Origin: Marsupella aquatica
Taxonomy: Eukaryota; Plantae; Marchantiophyta
NCBI GenBank assembly: GCA_973895155.1
Contig: OZ316897.1
Location: 372,734 to 436,733, forward strand
DNA length: 64,000 bases
Direction: 5' to 3'
Positions within the stretch are counted from its first letter, which is position 1. Each line of letters begins with the position of its first letter. Below the pieces are notes generated by a model. That model was given only the letters and a program-made list of their open reading frames with translations. It did no database searches and had not been told where the DNA came from. The translations under genes were made by a program, and so were the position numbers. This document shows, in pieces, positions 1-12,810 of this stretch.

Positions 1-799
1 ATAGTGAGTATTACAACATACTTCACACTAGGTGTGAGGAGAGTTTACATGAAACATTCAAGCTTGGAGGTAAACATCAAGTGCTAGAGTATTTTTGTAG
101 GGCTCTCATCGTGTGACCAGGTAGGTTTGTATGATTGCATGTTTGTTTGATGATTACAATTTGTATGGATTTTATTAGTTGTGGAAAGGCCCAATGACCT
201 TTGAATTCAATTCTTGAGCCCATTGACCCTTTCTTGAGATGAACATTTTCTTTTTGGTTGCTAGAGAAGCTTGGGAGAGTTTACAAATTATTTGGCAATC
301 AATAGCAAACTCAACTTTATTACAACACTTGGAATACAGGTTTGATTTCTTTCTATTCTCTCTATATGGTTAATACTTGTGATTGCTAATATTTTTGTGT
401 GATAAACCAACATCAAACATTTATGCAGTTCCAAGATTTCACCTCTAGTATATTGATTTCCCGATTTATTCGTGATAATTATTTGTGAATAAAAGAAAGT
501 ATAAAGTTCTAATTTTCAACATTTTGATATTCAGATCTAAACTTAGTGTACTGTTTGACCAGAAAATTGGAGCTTCATATTTGACTTTTCAATGTTTTCT
601 CAAATCTTGACAGATAAAGAAAATGTAAACACTAATACTCTATCTAAGGAGCTTTGCCACAAAGAAAAGCATAAGAAAACTTAAGCTTGAGAGTTATTTC
701 ATTTTGTTCCTTTTCCAATAGAAATAGCAGAAGCAAGATCTACATTTGATACTACTTTTAACATAGCAAGCCATTACCTTAAAAATCAAGAAGATTCCA

Positions 800-1115
800 A
801 GTTAAGCCATCATGATGCACACATTTGCAAGTGTACTTTTTGACCCCAATTGTAATTCTAAAATTAATAAGGTTACAAGTTAAGGCATTCTGGTGCACAC
901 ATCCGCAAGGGTCGGTATACTGTTTGACCCCAATTGTAACTTTGAAATTGATAAGGTTACAAGTTAAGGCATTCTGGTGCACACATCCGCACGGGTCGGT
1001 GTACTGTTTGACCCCAATTGTAACTTTAAAATTGATAAGGTTGCAAATTGAAATTCTTTAGTGAACACATCCTTAAGGGTTGGTGTAATGTTTGACCCCA
1101 ATTGTAACTTTAAAA
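800..1115. repeat. 84-bp tandem repeat, ~4 copies, in a probable degenerate TE region
   Basis: 'tgacccc' at 841, 925, 1009 and 1093; 'gttaaggcattc' at 879 and 963. The two inner copies are nearly identical. Confidence 0.9.
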
Positions 1116-4089
1116 GCATTTGATAAGGTACAGGAAACTTTTGAAAATTCCCAACACTAAATTAATATCATCTGAACATATTTTTTCATCACCATTTTTT
1201 CATAATTAAAAACTCAAAGACATGACCTAAATTATGAATGTGGCTTTGACTTACTCAACTTAGGTAAAGTTGGCTTAGGGTTAGGTTGGCATAGCTAAAG
1301 TGGAGGTATACCCTTACTAGCTCTTCTTCTCTCAAGAAAATTTCAACTCATTTGGCTAAGTAACTAAGGTGAAGTCTGTTTGAATCTTAAATCTTAAACT
1401 CATTATTGGGAAATTTGTTTGAGCTCAAATATCTAGAGTCCACATATTTCCCCTAGTTTCCTCTCTGTCTTTGAACATTTTCAGCCCATTTGATTGAGTG
1501 ACAAAAAATGATAAATCCCACTGATTGGATTGTTTTGGCCCTAACTTAAGCTAGTCGGCTTAGGAAAGTTGGCTTAGGGTAACATTGGGCTAATTTCAAG
1601 TATAGGTACAATTTTGTTTTGAATTCACAAATTTGACCTCAGTTTGAGCTCAAACTTTAAGTACATATTCTCCTAGTTTCCTCTTATCTCTCAACAATTT
1701 TTTAGCACATCTGGTTAAGTAAGGAGAAAATGCAGAATCACAAAGCTTCAGATAGATTTTGGTTTCTTGACTTTGATTTGGTCAGTTTAGTCAGAGTAGG
1801 CATAAAGTAACTAAGATGGGTTTAAGACAAATATCAATTCATTTTCAACTCACAACTTGGAGAGCTCAAACTTTTAATTTCCCTTAATATAGATTTCCCT
1901 AGCTTTCCTCTATCTTGTAGAGAATTTTCAGCCCATTTGGTAGAGTACAACAAAAATAATTGAAAGTTTTTAGAGATCCAAGTTGATTTTGGCTTCAACT
2001 TAGTTGCCCCATAATACCGACAAATATTTAATTACTTTTTGCCAATTTCTGAGTGACACGCAACTAGCACATACTTGACATGTGTTACAACTCTCACACA
2101 CATCACCATTCTTGCATGTGTTTCCATTCTCACCCGGATGACAATTCTAACACGAGTGAGTTTCTTGTTCATCAATCCACGTTTCACAATTCTCATCATT
2201 GATCAATAAACATCAATGGTTAAGATTGACTTGTTGTCTTATTTTATTGCCCCAAGTACTATGCAAGTTTCTATTTAAATTTGGTATCAAATGTGTATCA
2301 TTCCTGCACATGAACCAGACATTTTCTTCACGCTTGTCACACGAGTGTCTTCAACCATCACACGAGTGTTAAGGCATGTTGCACAATCGGATATGAATTA
2401 ATTGTTGATGTGGAATTTTCTTTGAATTTTAAAATTTGCAAGAGTCTCTAACTGGACCCATAATGAACACTAGGTGGGCAGGGAAGGGGTCCCTTATGTG
2501 GGCACCTGTGGTTTTGGGGGCTGAATGAAGTCCAGCCACAGTTCTCAAAGTAGTGAGGGGGCTTGGGGGCTTACAGTAACTTTGGGCTGGCCACCACCCT
2601 GTGGCTGCAGGGTTTCATGGCCTCATTAGTGTTTGCTTTCTCTGGTTGGTTTGGCCTCGGGTTTGGCTGTCCGTCTGGGTGTGGTTTTGTGTACTCTCCC
2701 TCCTGGGGCGGCTTTTGCCCCTGGGGGTCTTGTATAGGATGATGCAGGTCTGGTCTGGGCTTACTAGCCTGTAACCTTGTGACCAGAAATGAAGAAAATC
2801 TAACCTAGGATAGTTGTGGAGTTTTCTTGAGTGCTCATGGAGCAGGGTTAATTCAGGCTAGAACCTCTGCCCAAATATGTTATTTCATTACATAATGTCT
2901 GTCAGGAAAAAGGTTCTTTTAGGGCAACAGATTATGGGATTAGTAAGGGACTCCACAAATATTTACAGCCCGTAACCTGCCTTCTTTACAGAACTTACGT
3001 GTTTTGAGCTACCTCCCCCTCAACCCCCCTCCCCCTCTTTACAGACCCCATTAGGGGTCCTTTCCAAAATTCCTGGCTCCACAGCACGCCACATCATCAT
3101 GGCACATTGCAAACAAGAAGAGACTTGTTTTTGGATAGAATTAATTTCTGCATTCGTGTTTGTGATAACTTTGCTGTAAATTCTGGGACACCATGCCGTA
3201 AAAAAGTATGTAAAAAAAGCTGACATACAAATCAAACAATAAAAAGATTGAGGTAAAACTTCTCCCAGTAACAGTTTTATTTACATTTTGATTTTATTCA
3301 AAGCATGAAATTTTCCCGGCAGCAGTTTTTATTTGGTATTACTGAGTCAAATCATAATGAAAACTCTAATATGGCATTGGAAAGATCTTGAAGAGACTGT
3401 CCTAATGAGCTCAGCACTATCATCATTCAATAAGAATTGAGTAAGTAATTTGAAAAATAGATTTTTCCCTTGATTTTATAATCTCTAACGTGAATATAAA
3501 TCTTTGTTGTATAACCCCTAAAATGTTGACCCCTTCCATGAGAATGAAACTAAAATTGACAGATTTTATCGAGTAGTAAGGAGATTATGAATTGTAAAAT
3601 TTCTTTAGTTTTTTTAATGAACTTAACATTGATAGATTTAGTTGAGTTTTGAGGAGATTATAAGTTTCCAATGTTCTCCAATTTTCCAATGAGTGTGACA
3701 CTAGTTCATATTACAACTAGTTTTGTGATTGATGTTAATTATGGTTGCCATGGTAAGCTTGACAAATGTTTCAACTGTAAATCAAATATTGACTTGTCCA
3801 TTTTTGATTTTTTTTTTCTTTAGAATTGGAGATCCAACTAGGTTTCAATTTCTAGATAACTGTCTCTAAAATAACATGGAGTCCACACTGATTAATTTGG
3901 GGAAAATTAAAAAATCCAATGGCATTGGCTGATCAGAGGCTTGGTGACAGGCTTGGTGACAGTTGGATGAAGCATGTCCTCAACCATTGTTAAGTGTTTA
4001 AGAAGTGACATCAACTTCATAATCTAGCGATGAAAATAATAGTAGGGAGATTTAGACCAGTTCCTGCTCAGAACCTTGGGGTGGCGACA

Positions 4090-4485
4090 CCTGCATGCAA
4101 CAGTCTGAGCCCTACGACTTCCTGGCCATGGAAAAATGCTCGAGTCCCAATTTGAGATGCGAGAACTGTGAACGATCCAACGAAACGAGGAGGAAAGCTA
4201 TGGCATTCTCCAACCACGAGGTGGCGACAGGTGCATGCAAGACGGTACTCTCGTTCCGATGACAAATGTTGCCCCGCCCGCGGCGTGCTAATGAGATTGT
4301 CGCACGATGGCTGTCGACTCATGCAAGCCACGTGCACCTCATCCCGTCCCCACGAATCCTCTCCAAAAGTCTGCCTTTCCTCCTCGCAATCTGTCGAGGC
4401 TCAATTCCGCACCAACATGTAGATCGGCTCGAGCAATCCGGCCGACACTTGGCGTCCCCTTCTTCTATCTTTTTCGTATATAATG
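4090..4485 (+). promoter_or_regulatory. ABA/desiccation-type promoter (RY boxes, G-box/ABRE, DRE core, TATA)
   Basis: CATGCA at 4094, 4234 and 4320; CACGTG at 4329; GCCGAC at 4441; TATATAA at ~4477, upstream of the LEA-like ATG at 4640. Confidence 0.6.
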
Positions 4486-4639
4486 TCCCTCGCCACCGCA
4501 TTGTCCTCAAATTGCAATCAAAACTACTCTTTTATTCTCCGACTGAATCGAGATCAGGATCACCTCACTGACTGTCACAGATAGAGTTCATCATCCCCCT
4601 TCTTGAGTTGAAGCAAATCGTGTAATCGCCGCTGTCAAA

Positions 4640-5862
4640 ATGGCCACTGTGAACGCATCAATGGCGGTGTTGGGAGCTACTCAGGTTGCTGTGGCCAAGG
4701 CCACCAGCAGCACCGACGGGTTGGCTTCAAAGAATTCCGTGTCATTTAGGAATGGCCGTGTGCCGTCCATGGCCTTTGTTCGCGCTCGATCTGTGCGACC
4801 TCTTTCTGTGCGGGCGGGCGGCATTGAGGACTTGGTAAGTAGTTCGTTCGGTTCGTATAGTGTACACAATCTTCTGTGGCTACTGTCAGTGCCGTTGTAT
4901 CTCACGTTTGGGACTTTTAGTATCTGCCGCAATTTTGCTTTCTATGAATGGAGGCTGGGACTTTTTGTATCTGTCGCAATTTTGCTCTCTATGAATGGAG
5001 GGTGCATCTGCTGTGAATGTGTCGTTGCGGTAGTGCGAATGCGCGCGCCGTTAGTGAGTGGCGAACCGTTACTATATAGTCTCCTCGATTTTCATTTACT
5101 GTATGCTGGTGTTCGCGAAAATAGTCCTGAACTATTGGCACTGATTAAGCGATAGAACTAGAAGATGCACGCGAACCAAATTTACATATATTGTCCCTTT
5201 CAATCTACCTCTCAGTATAGACGATATCCTGAGCATTTGAAGTTCTCCAATGTCACATTGCCCTGTTATGGGTTTAATCATCTTGAATACCTGAGCTAAT
5301 TACACTGCGTTTTTGGCTTTGCAGCCTGACATGTCACCAGACTCGCCAAGCTCCACTGGTGGAATCACCGAGAAGGCCAAGGAAATAGCCGAGAAGACAG
5401 CCGCAGTTTTCGACGGCGTCAAAGAAGATATTGACGTAAGTTTTCCTGCGAAGTTGCAGCATCATTGCTTACATGTGACATTCAACTCCTATTTCCACAA
5501 CGGTAAAGATAGTTCATATATATTTTTGCAGCTATGCATGTCACATGTGGAGTATCTGGGAATTGGAAAGTCTCGTCCGAGAAGTAAATCTGGATAATTA
5601 TTCCCACAGCATCAAAAGTTCATCTGCGTATGAGCTTAAATATGCCAAACATAGAAAGTTTGACCGATTCTAATTGAAGTAACTTGTATTTTATTGTTCT
5701 GTACAGAGCAAGTTGAAAGACAACGGACGAGACTTGAGGAGCAAGACCGGGGACGTTGTATATGGTGCGCAGAGAAACGCCGCCGGCGTGGGTAACGATA
5801 TTGTGGAGAAAACTAACGAGGCGCAGACCAAGTATACCAAGGGATTGGGAAAGAAAGAGTGA
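4640..5862 (+). CDS. Plastid-targeted LEA-like hydrophilic protein, ~153 aa, exons 4640-4834, 5325-5435, 5707-5862
   Basis: Ala/Ser/Arg-rich transit peptide ending RPLSVRA. Two phase-0 GT-AG introns. Mature part is K/E/D/A/G-rich (ITEKAKEIAEKTAAVFDGVKEDIDSKLKDNGRDLRSKTGDV). Confidence 0.75.
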
Positions 5863-7826
5863 ATATGAAACGCATCCTGCCAATATGAAATGCGTGTTCT
5901 CTTTAAAGAAAAGCTGAACACTGTTTCAAGCGCTGGTAGAAGTTCGTTTTCTCGAAGCTAATGTAAATGTCCAGCTGACTGTACACTAAATTTTCTTGTC
6001 GATTGTTATGAAGTAGACAGATGTAAAACAGATCGGTTGAGCAACGATGCAACCACGATGTAAACGTATATTGGCAGTGGCTGATATGTAGTATTGCCTC
6101 CTTACGGTACATGTAATTTATACCACTGCACACATGTGGAGAAAAATGGTATCTCTCCACGCTCAGTTCATATGTAATAAACGACTCCAGTTCGAACTTT
6201 CATAGTGACCGTTATTCTCGAATGGAATGGAACCTTGGAATGATGATTGTTTCTCGAAAATCACGTCAAATAGAATGAACGTTTGATATTTACATGTGTT
6301 TTCGTTTTTAATATACACTCCTTTTTTCATGACAGATTGTTCGCTATATACCCATCACTGCAATTTTTTCCATGATAGATTGGTCATTGGATATCCCTCA
6401 TGGCAAATTGAACACATCAATTCATGGACATGTAACAATTTTTTAAATTACATTCATGAACTGTAAACCCAATCTAATATCAAATTGAACATATTAATTG
6501 ATGGACACTGTTGAATAGTTCTTTGCACATTGTTTGTAATAGACCCATCATGTCAAACTGAACATGTCAAACTGAACACTGCACTGTCAACAATGCTTTT
6601 AAATTAGTTTCGAGTACTAAAATTCGATATATATTCCAAAAGATACTTTAATACTATTTCAATGAAAAATACATGGGAAAATCACCTAATGACTTTAAAC
6701 CCATCATGCAAAATTCAGTTTTACACAGAAATAAAATCAATTTTCTTAATACATATATGAACAAATTTTGAAAAACCTAAATCTTTTTAATTACGCAAAG
6801 AAAAAATTAATTGCAGTACACTTTTTCGGTAATCTCTCCAAATTATTACACATTTAAATGAATTTTCCATAACTACTGAGAGTATACTCTCAACAATACT
6901 TTCGATATACTCCCAACTTGTCATTATCCACTCCTGCGCTGCAAAACAGCTGTGAAATATATAGAGGAACATGCTAAATCTATGGATAAATTTTAACCGC
7001 TAATATTGACTCTGCAGAATACATTCACTGTAGCAAATACCAGTTACATGACAAAAATTTGAAACCTTGAGTCTGCTTCAGATTATAACCTTCACCCTTA
7101 CTGCTAAAAGTTAACAAGTATAAAGATGAAACTCGTGATTTAACTTCAGATATAAAAATCACTCAAACATAAAGCCGCGACAATGAAGCTTACATGCACT
7201 AGGCGTTCACTTTGACTACGAAACTTGGATGAACTTGCTCAAACATTAGAACTGACTCAAATAACATTGTTTGCACTTTGAATGAAGTGTGACCCGTAAA
7301 CAATTTTCTTACATTTGTCTAGTTTAACTACATTACCGAACAGTACCTTGGAAGACTCGACGACCTTCAACCTGAAAGTTGTCAAGACAGCATTCAAAAT
7401 CACCATGTCGTTTTCCTTATTTTGTCCCCAAGGTAATCAAATTCATCAATTGCAATTCACTGCCAGTTCCTTTTTAAATTTGGTGTAAAAATGACATGCT
7501 TTACGCAGTCCATGCATGGGGATGGGCACGGACAATGCATCCGGGCTCTTGTTAATTAATCACTCGTTGTATTGACTCCAGACATAATATCGAATTGCAT
7601 TCGATATTATTAATAAAAATTGGATAATTCTCTCGTGATATGTTTCTACACCATTCTATATTAATTCTATTTATCTGCCCAATGATGCCATGTACACACT
7701 TTGCATGTAGATAAACGTAAAAGGTAGTCAAACTTGAGAACCAAAACTGTCCTTTCATTTTCATTGAATCAGAATAATCACGGAAAAGTGCTGTGCGTGC
7801 CATTGTTTCTTTCTGCGATCCCAAAA

Positions 7827-9288
7827 CTATAAGCTGAAGGAACCCCTATGAAACAGTCTGTAGTGCTTTTTCAAGCTAAAAGATAGGTCAATTGTGGCAC
7901 GAAACGCACTGAACGCCTTTTGTAGAAGAGATGCAAGCTCAACGTTATGGCGCCAGTAAATCCATGACGAATTGGAATTTGCCCACTCAAATCTACCTCG
8001 ACCACTGGTAAAACAAAATTCCCCGTCAGACAAGCCAGGAGTAATCTTGCAATCAGACAGCTGTGATGTTGGAGAGATAATATCACACAGCTGCTCAGTG
8101 TCAGCGAGGCATTCAAGTATGCACGACCTGAGGTCAGGAAATGGATGATACCTCACAGGCGATGAAAGCCATATTGGTCAATCTGGAGTTTGCTTAATCA
8201 TAACGTATGTACCAAGATCCCCCAGTCGGACTGTCAGAACCCCAGACTGCAAAAAAGTATATCACGAAATAATTCAGGACTCCTATTGAGGAATGTCCCG
8301 TGAACTCGATAAAGTTGATTCAACTAGGTTCAGAATTAAACATTGCTTGAGGAAGAGCATCCTCACCTACCAGAGAACTGTTGTATTTTAGCTACTTGGG
8401 ATTGTTGTCTTACTGCCAGTACGTAACCGAGCAAGTTCATCACCTCTGTTCAGGTTTACTCTGTATTGCTAGCTTCTACTCCCATTCATGCCTATCCGAC
8501 AGTGTTTATTATTCTGAGAGTGGCACGGCTAATACATGTTTACGAATTTAAAATTTCGTCACTTACACAGCAATGTCCAAATCAAATCCATCGACGTTTA
8601 GATGTTCTCCATAAACCTGCAGATTCGAAAAATGTTCATCAGTAACCTCTCCTTACAAAGATTCAACGCTCAGACAAAACGGTAGCGCTGTGTACCACCA
8701 AACATGGTCAAGGGCTTAACGTTTGCGAAAGAAATAAACCCAATCCAAATCTCGCATTTCTTAAAAATATGTGAAACAATTCCAAGAGTTCAGGTACTAG
8801 AATATGCATGTCATTTTTTAATCAACTTAGACCTACACATGGGACTAATCAATTCGTTTTACGGTCAACTTCTGCCTTCCGAGGCCTCAGCAACAGCCAT
8901 ATGTTGTCCTCATTCCTGACCAATTATTCTCATAACTGATCTCAGACGGTAATTCCAATAAGAATCTTCATTGGCCCCACAGCAGAGGGAAAATTGGGGG
9001 GCAGTAACAAGTTCCATAATGGTGAACACATCAACCAACTGAAGATCATCATGAGCTACATTCTAAGTTGCTCAGAACCCCATCCCACGACTACAGAATT
9101 GCTAGAGGAAGTCAAGGGAAACAAGATAGGTGAATTACCTCTATCTTGTCCTGCAAGTGATAAAGGACATCGTTAGCAAGTTCATAAAAACGATCCTCCT
9201 CCAGGAAGGAGCTAGAAGTCACAGCATCATAGAGTCAACGTGCAGCGATATGAAGGTCCGATCAGCATACGACTTTACTGCGTTGCCA
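7827..9288 (-). pseudogene. FH: Frataxin pseudogene retaining introns; exons 9288-9139, 8616-8569, 8246-8152, 8004-7827; 5' transit exons likely further upstream (to ~11300) but not resolved
   Basis: Exons translate FLEEDRFYELANDVLYHLQDKIE | VYGEHLNVDGFDLDIA | [31 protein letters not shown] | GRGRFEWANSNSSWIYWRH...IDLS, the frataxin/CyaY signature. Three in-frame TGA stops (two in the 9288-9139 exon, one at 8178-8180). Confidence 0.85.
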
Positions 9289-12200
9289 CTGCAATACATA
9301 CATGAGACTCTCTTCAGGAAAAGAAAGAATGAAAGCAACAGCTGAAGGAAATCATGGAAAAAAGGTAACACGTGCATGAGCTACGACTTGGACACATCAG
9401 ATTTTCAACGCGGGACAGATTAGATTTCAAAAGAACTTTCTACTTTTGAACTCTATGGTTTCAGCCCATGTCTTGAGAAACACCTACTTGTTGGCGCGGT
9501 GGAGGGAAGCATAAACTAGATTGACGCAAACCTTTCTCGCGAAACGCTGGGAAATGAGAGCTAGATTACTTTCGGAACAAGAACTGCAAACCAGAACCCC
9601 TGATCCCAACTTTTATGGGGTTCAGAAAATCCGGCGATGTCATAATTCGGTATTGAAATCCGGCATATATGTTTTGCATCAAGTGACCTGTGAGCTCATG
9701 ATCAGGGCTCTCAGGTATCTGTGAGACAATAGTTTAATCTAGATCCATCTTTTTTTTCTGAGGCCGCATGGGATGTGGAGAACAATTTCCAGCCGTGCAA
9801 CTTCATTTCAAAAGATAACATTCTTTTGAAACAGATGAATCATTTAATGGAGACTCCCAAATTTCGACTAGACAAACCGGAAGGGACTGTAGACCGACAT
9901 GATGGCAGTTTTGGTTTCTGTGCAAATGACGTTAAAGGAGCAAACTTCCCAGGCTCCCTCTATGCGATACAGCTTCTACTTCAAGATGATGGATAGCCTG
10001 TGAGAGCAAACGTCAGCACGACTCGGCAACGGAGATTTCCCGGAAGACGTTAGAGAATCGAAAACACACATAAAACAATTGTGCGCAACATTATGAACCA
10101 AAAGACCACAAGGATGTCCCAGGCTTCTGTAGATGCGACAAAAGGCTCTCTATCAGTCTAACTTTTACATGGAGTACATCAAAGATGCCAAGAGGCTCTC
10201 CACTCCAGATGAACAAGTAGACCTTCCAAAATGAACACGGACAGCAACACGATATCAACTACCAGCGAATCACCGCAAAAATGAGCAAGACCTCTTTTAT
10301 GATCCACGTTCAACAAAAAGGCTATTTCGTGGAGAGAGCAACTACGTAAATTCAGACGTTCCCATTGCAGCAAGGAATCAAAAAAAAGGTTCTTTTGACG
10401 ATGGTTCCTGTCTCTACCATCTCTGTTGAACATTACCTTCACTTTCACCTGAGACAAACATCATTTACGGTCTACATTCATCCAAATGACTACGTCGAGC
10501 AATAAGCAGCTAGATGCTCAGTTTCAAACAGTTTAGCTCCAGAGAGCTAAAAGAGGCAGATTTCATACGGCAAGGCATCATTCTCAAATTTGCGAGCAGT
10601 GCTTCCGATTCGTACCATCTTCATTGGCTATAACAGTTTCCCTCTCTCAGCTGATACAACCGTTCCAATACCAATGCCCGAAGGAAAAGCAAAGACGCGG
10701 TGTACAGTACCTGTAATCCACGGCAACAGGTTCTTGGACGTCCTCTGCATCATCCTTGTCCACCCTTTGGACTGTAAGCTGAAACCCTCCTACGCATTCC
10801 TCCATGCAGAAACAGGTACTCCTCTGCCGTGGTGCAAACTAAATCGACTCCGGAACAGTTCCACCACACCAGTGCCGTGCCCCGTGGGACGAGATCTCCT
10901 TATGACAATCGAATGTCGGCTTCTGCGCGGCAAGCGTCCTGATCTCGGTGGTCCAAGACCAGACAGGCGCACCGAAAGCCGTATCCCAGTTTAGGGTTGA
11001 TACAATTCGCTGCCACAATGGTCTCGGCCATCCATCAAGCCCCATAGCCCAAAATAATACCTCACCACACTCGTTTCATGTAAAATGAAAAGGACTCGTG
11101 ACAAGGAGTACTGTGTTCTAAAAGTTGCAAAATAAGCTACTCTCCTGAAGCGTCTCTCAGGCCTACCGTCAGCATTTCAAACAAACCGTGCTGAAAATGT
11201 GAGACCCTCATTCAAAATGAGGCTTGAGGGCTGCCATCCGTGCGTGCCTGCTGCGCGACATCTTTGATAGAAAAGAGCTCGGTGGGCCGCTTCCGCAGCG
11301 CACTCGCTTCCATCATTCACGTGAATCCTTCCAATTCAACAGAAATGAGACGATGGATCTGCGAGCTAGGCAGAGAGCCAGAGACGGTGTGCAACAGCAA
11401 AACTCAGCAAGAAGCACTGAAGAGGATCCTTTGACAGCATAGGACATTAGAGTAATGAACCTCTATTAGAGGTATTAACCATTAGAGGTTCTAGGGCCAA
11501 TCAGGTTCCTTTGTTAGACCCCCCCCCGGCCATGCAGTTCTCACTCAGGAGCTTAGACCCCCATGTAGTTCACTCCGGAGCTCTACCAAGCTTTGCAGTT
11601 TGCTGACAATTAGGGCACTTGGTTCTTTGTTTTTCTTTGTTTTGTGTTTGTTTTTTTAGGCTGTTGGGGTTCTCTTGTGGCCTCCCCTTGATTGAGTCTT
11701 TGCCTGTGGGATCCTGTCTCCTGTATGCCAGCTTTCTTGTAGTTTGATCTATATAATTAGCCACCTCTATTTTTGCTGTTCTCCATAGGCTTTTCTCATC
11801 ATAGAGAACTCATTCTACTCAAAGCTGGAATCTTACACTTATGGGACTTTGGCAGTAAAGATTTCATGGTAGCCCTACCATTAGTAGTAAGACAAGTTCT
11901 TTTGAGTTTTTGATTCAAATTCTATGAAACTTCCATTGCAGACACAAGTTGAGGTTATCTTGTAGCCAAAAGTTAAAGATCACTTGGGGAGGTGTCCTTA
12001 ATATGTTTATGGTCATTTCCTCAACAAGAGAGTTACAGACCCTCACAAGACAAGCTTTATGACATCGAAGAGTTCAATGTGGCCACAAACAAAGGGGTTG
12101 GTAAAGTTGGGTCTCCCAGAATCAATCAAAGCCAACCTTTTGGCAACTAGCAACTACGGCAAAATCAGTGGACCCCTCTCCTTGTAGCTAGGAAGGAGCT

Positions 12201-12810
12201 AGAACAAAGCGACAGTCCAACCCAAAACAATTGCCACCATGCATGCTTGTCATCTTAAACGAGAACTGTGCTAGAAGTGTAGGGTGAATCTTGGACAGAC
12301 GTAGAAAATAGATGGCCTTTACTTGGTGCACAAATAGCCTTAAAATAAGCCAGGGGGATTGACTACTGAAATATACTCACTATAGTAAACAATCCTGTCT
12401 TTTTGTGCTCATTGTCTGCTTACAAAATCCACTTTTGGAGGGAACTCATTATGACCATTGGATTTAAAACTTAAATTTTCCTGCCCATCATATCTGTGTA
12501 AGGAAGAACAAAGAGTTTGTCCTAGCCTGAGGCACAGAAGGGCTTCCACCCACACCTAAACTCAAAGTGGCTTTACAAGAACTTGGGGGCAACAATTCCT
12601 TTTTCTCTAAGTGAGAGATGCAATCCTAGCCATTCATATGTGGGAACTGGTCACACTTCACTTTACTTTACGTGAACTTGGGGGCACAATGAACCAAAAG
12701 CATTACCGAACCTAGTCATCTATCACTAGCATTACCGAACCTAGTCATCTATCACTGGCCCCTTGTGGGTCCCTTTTTTGTTGATGTGTGCAAGCTTTTT
12801 TGTCAAAAAC

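Noticed and set aside
825-1110. CRISPR-like array
   Set aside because: Units repeat along their whole length with no unique spacers, there are no cas genes, and the context is eukaryotic.
2282-2293. tRNA-Met primer binding site (tggtatca)
   Set aside because: Only 8 nt match, there is no adjacent LTR-terminal CA, and no gag follows.
8178-8180. Frataxin TGA codons as selenocysteine, readthrough or U-to-C editing sites
   Set aside because: This is a nuclear gene with multiple stops plus missense and splice damage; CpG decay explains it more simply.
11760-12760. Gypsy integrase remnant (HFWREL..G..LKFS-like at ~12430-12480)
   Set aside because: A single short frameshifted motif, too degenerate to support by eye.
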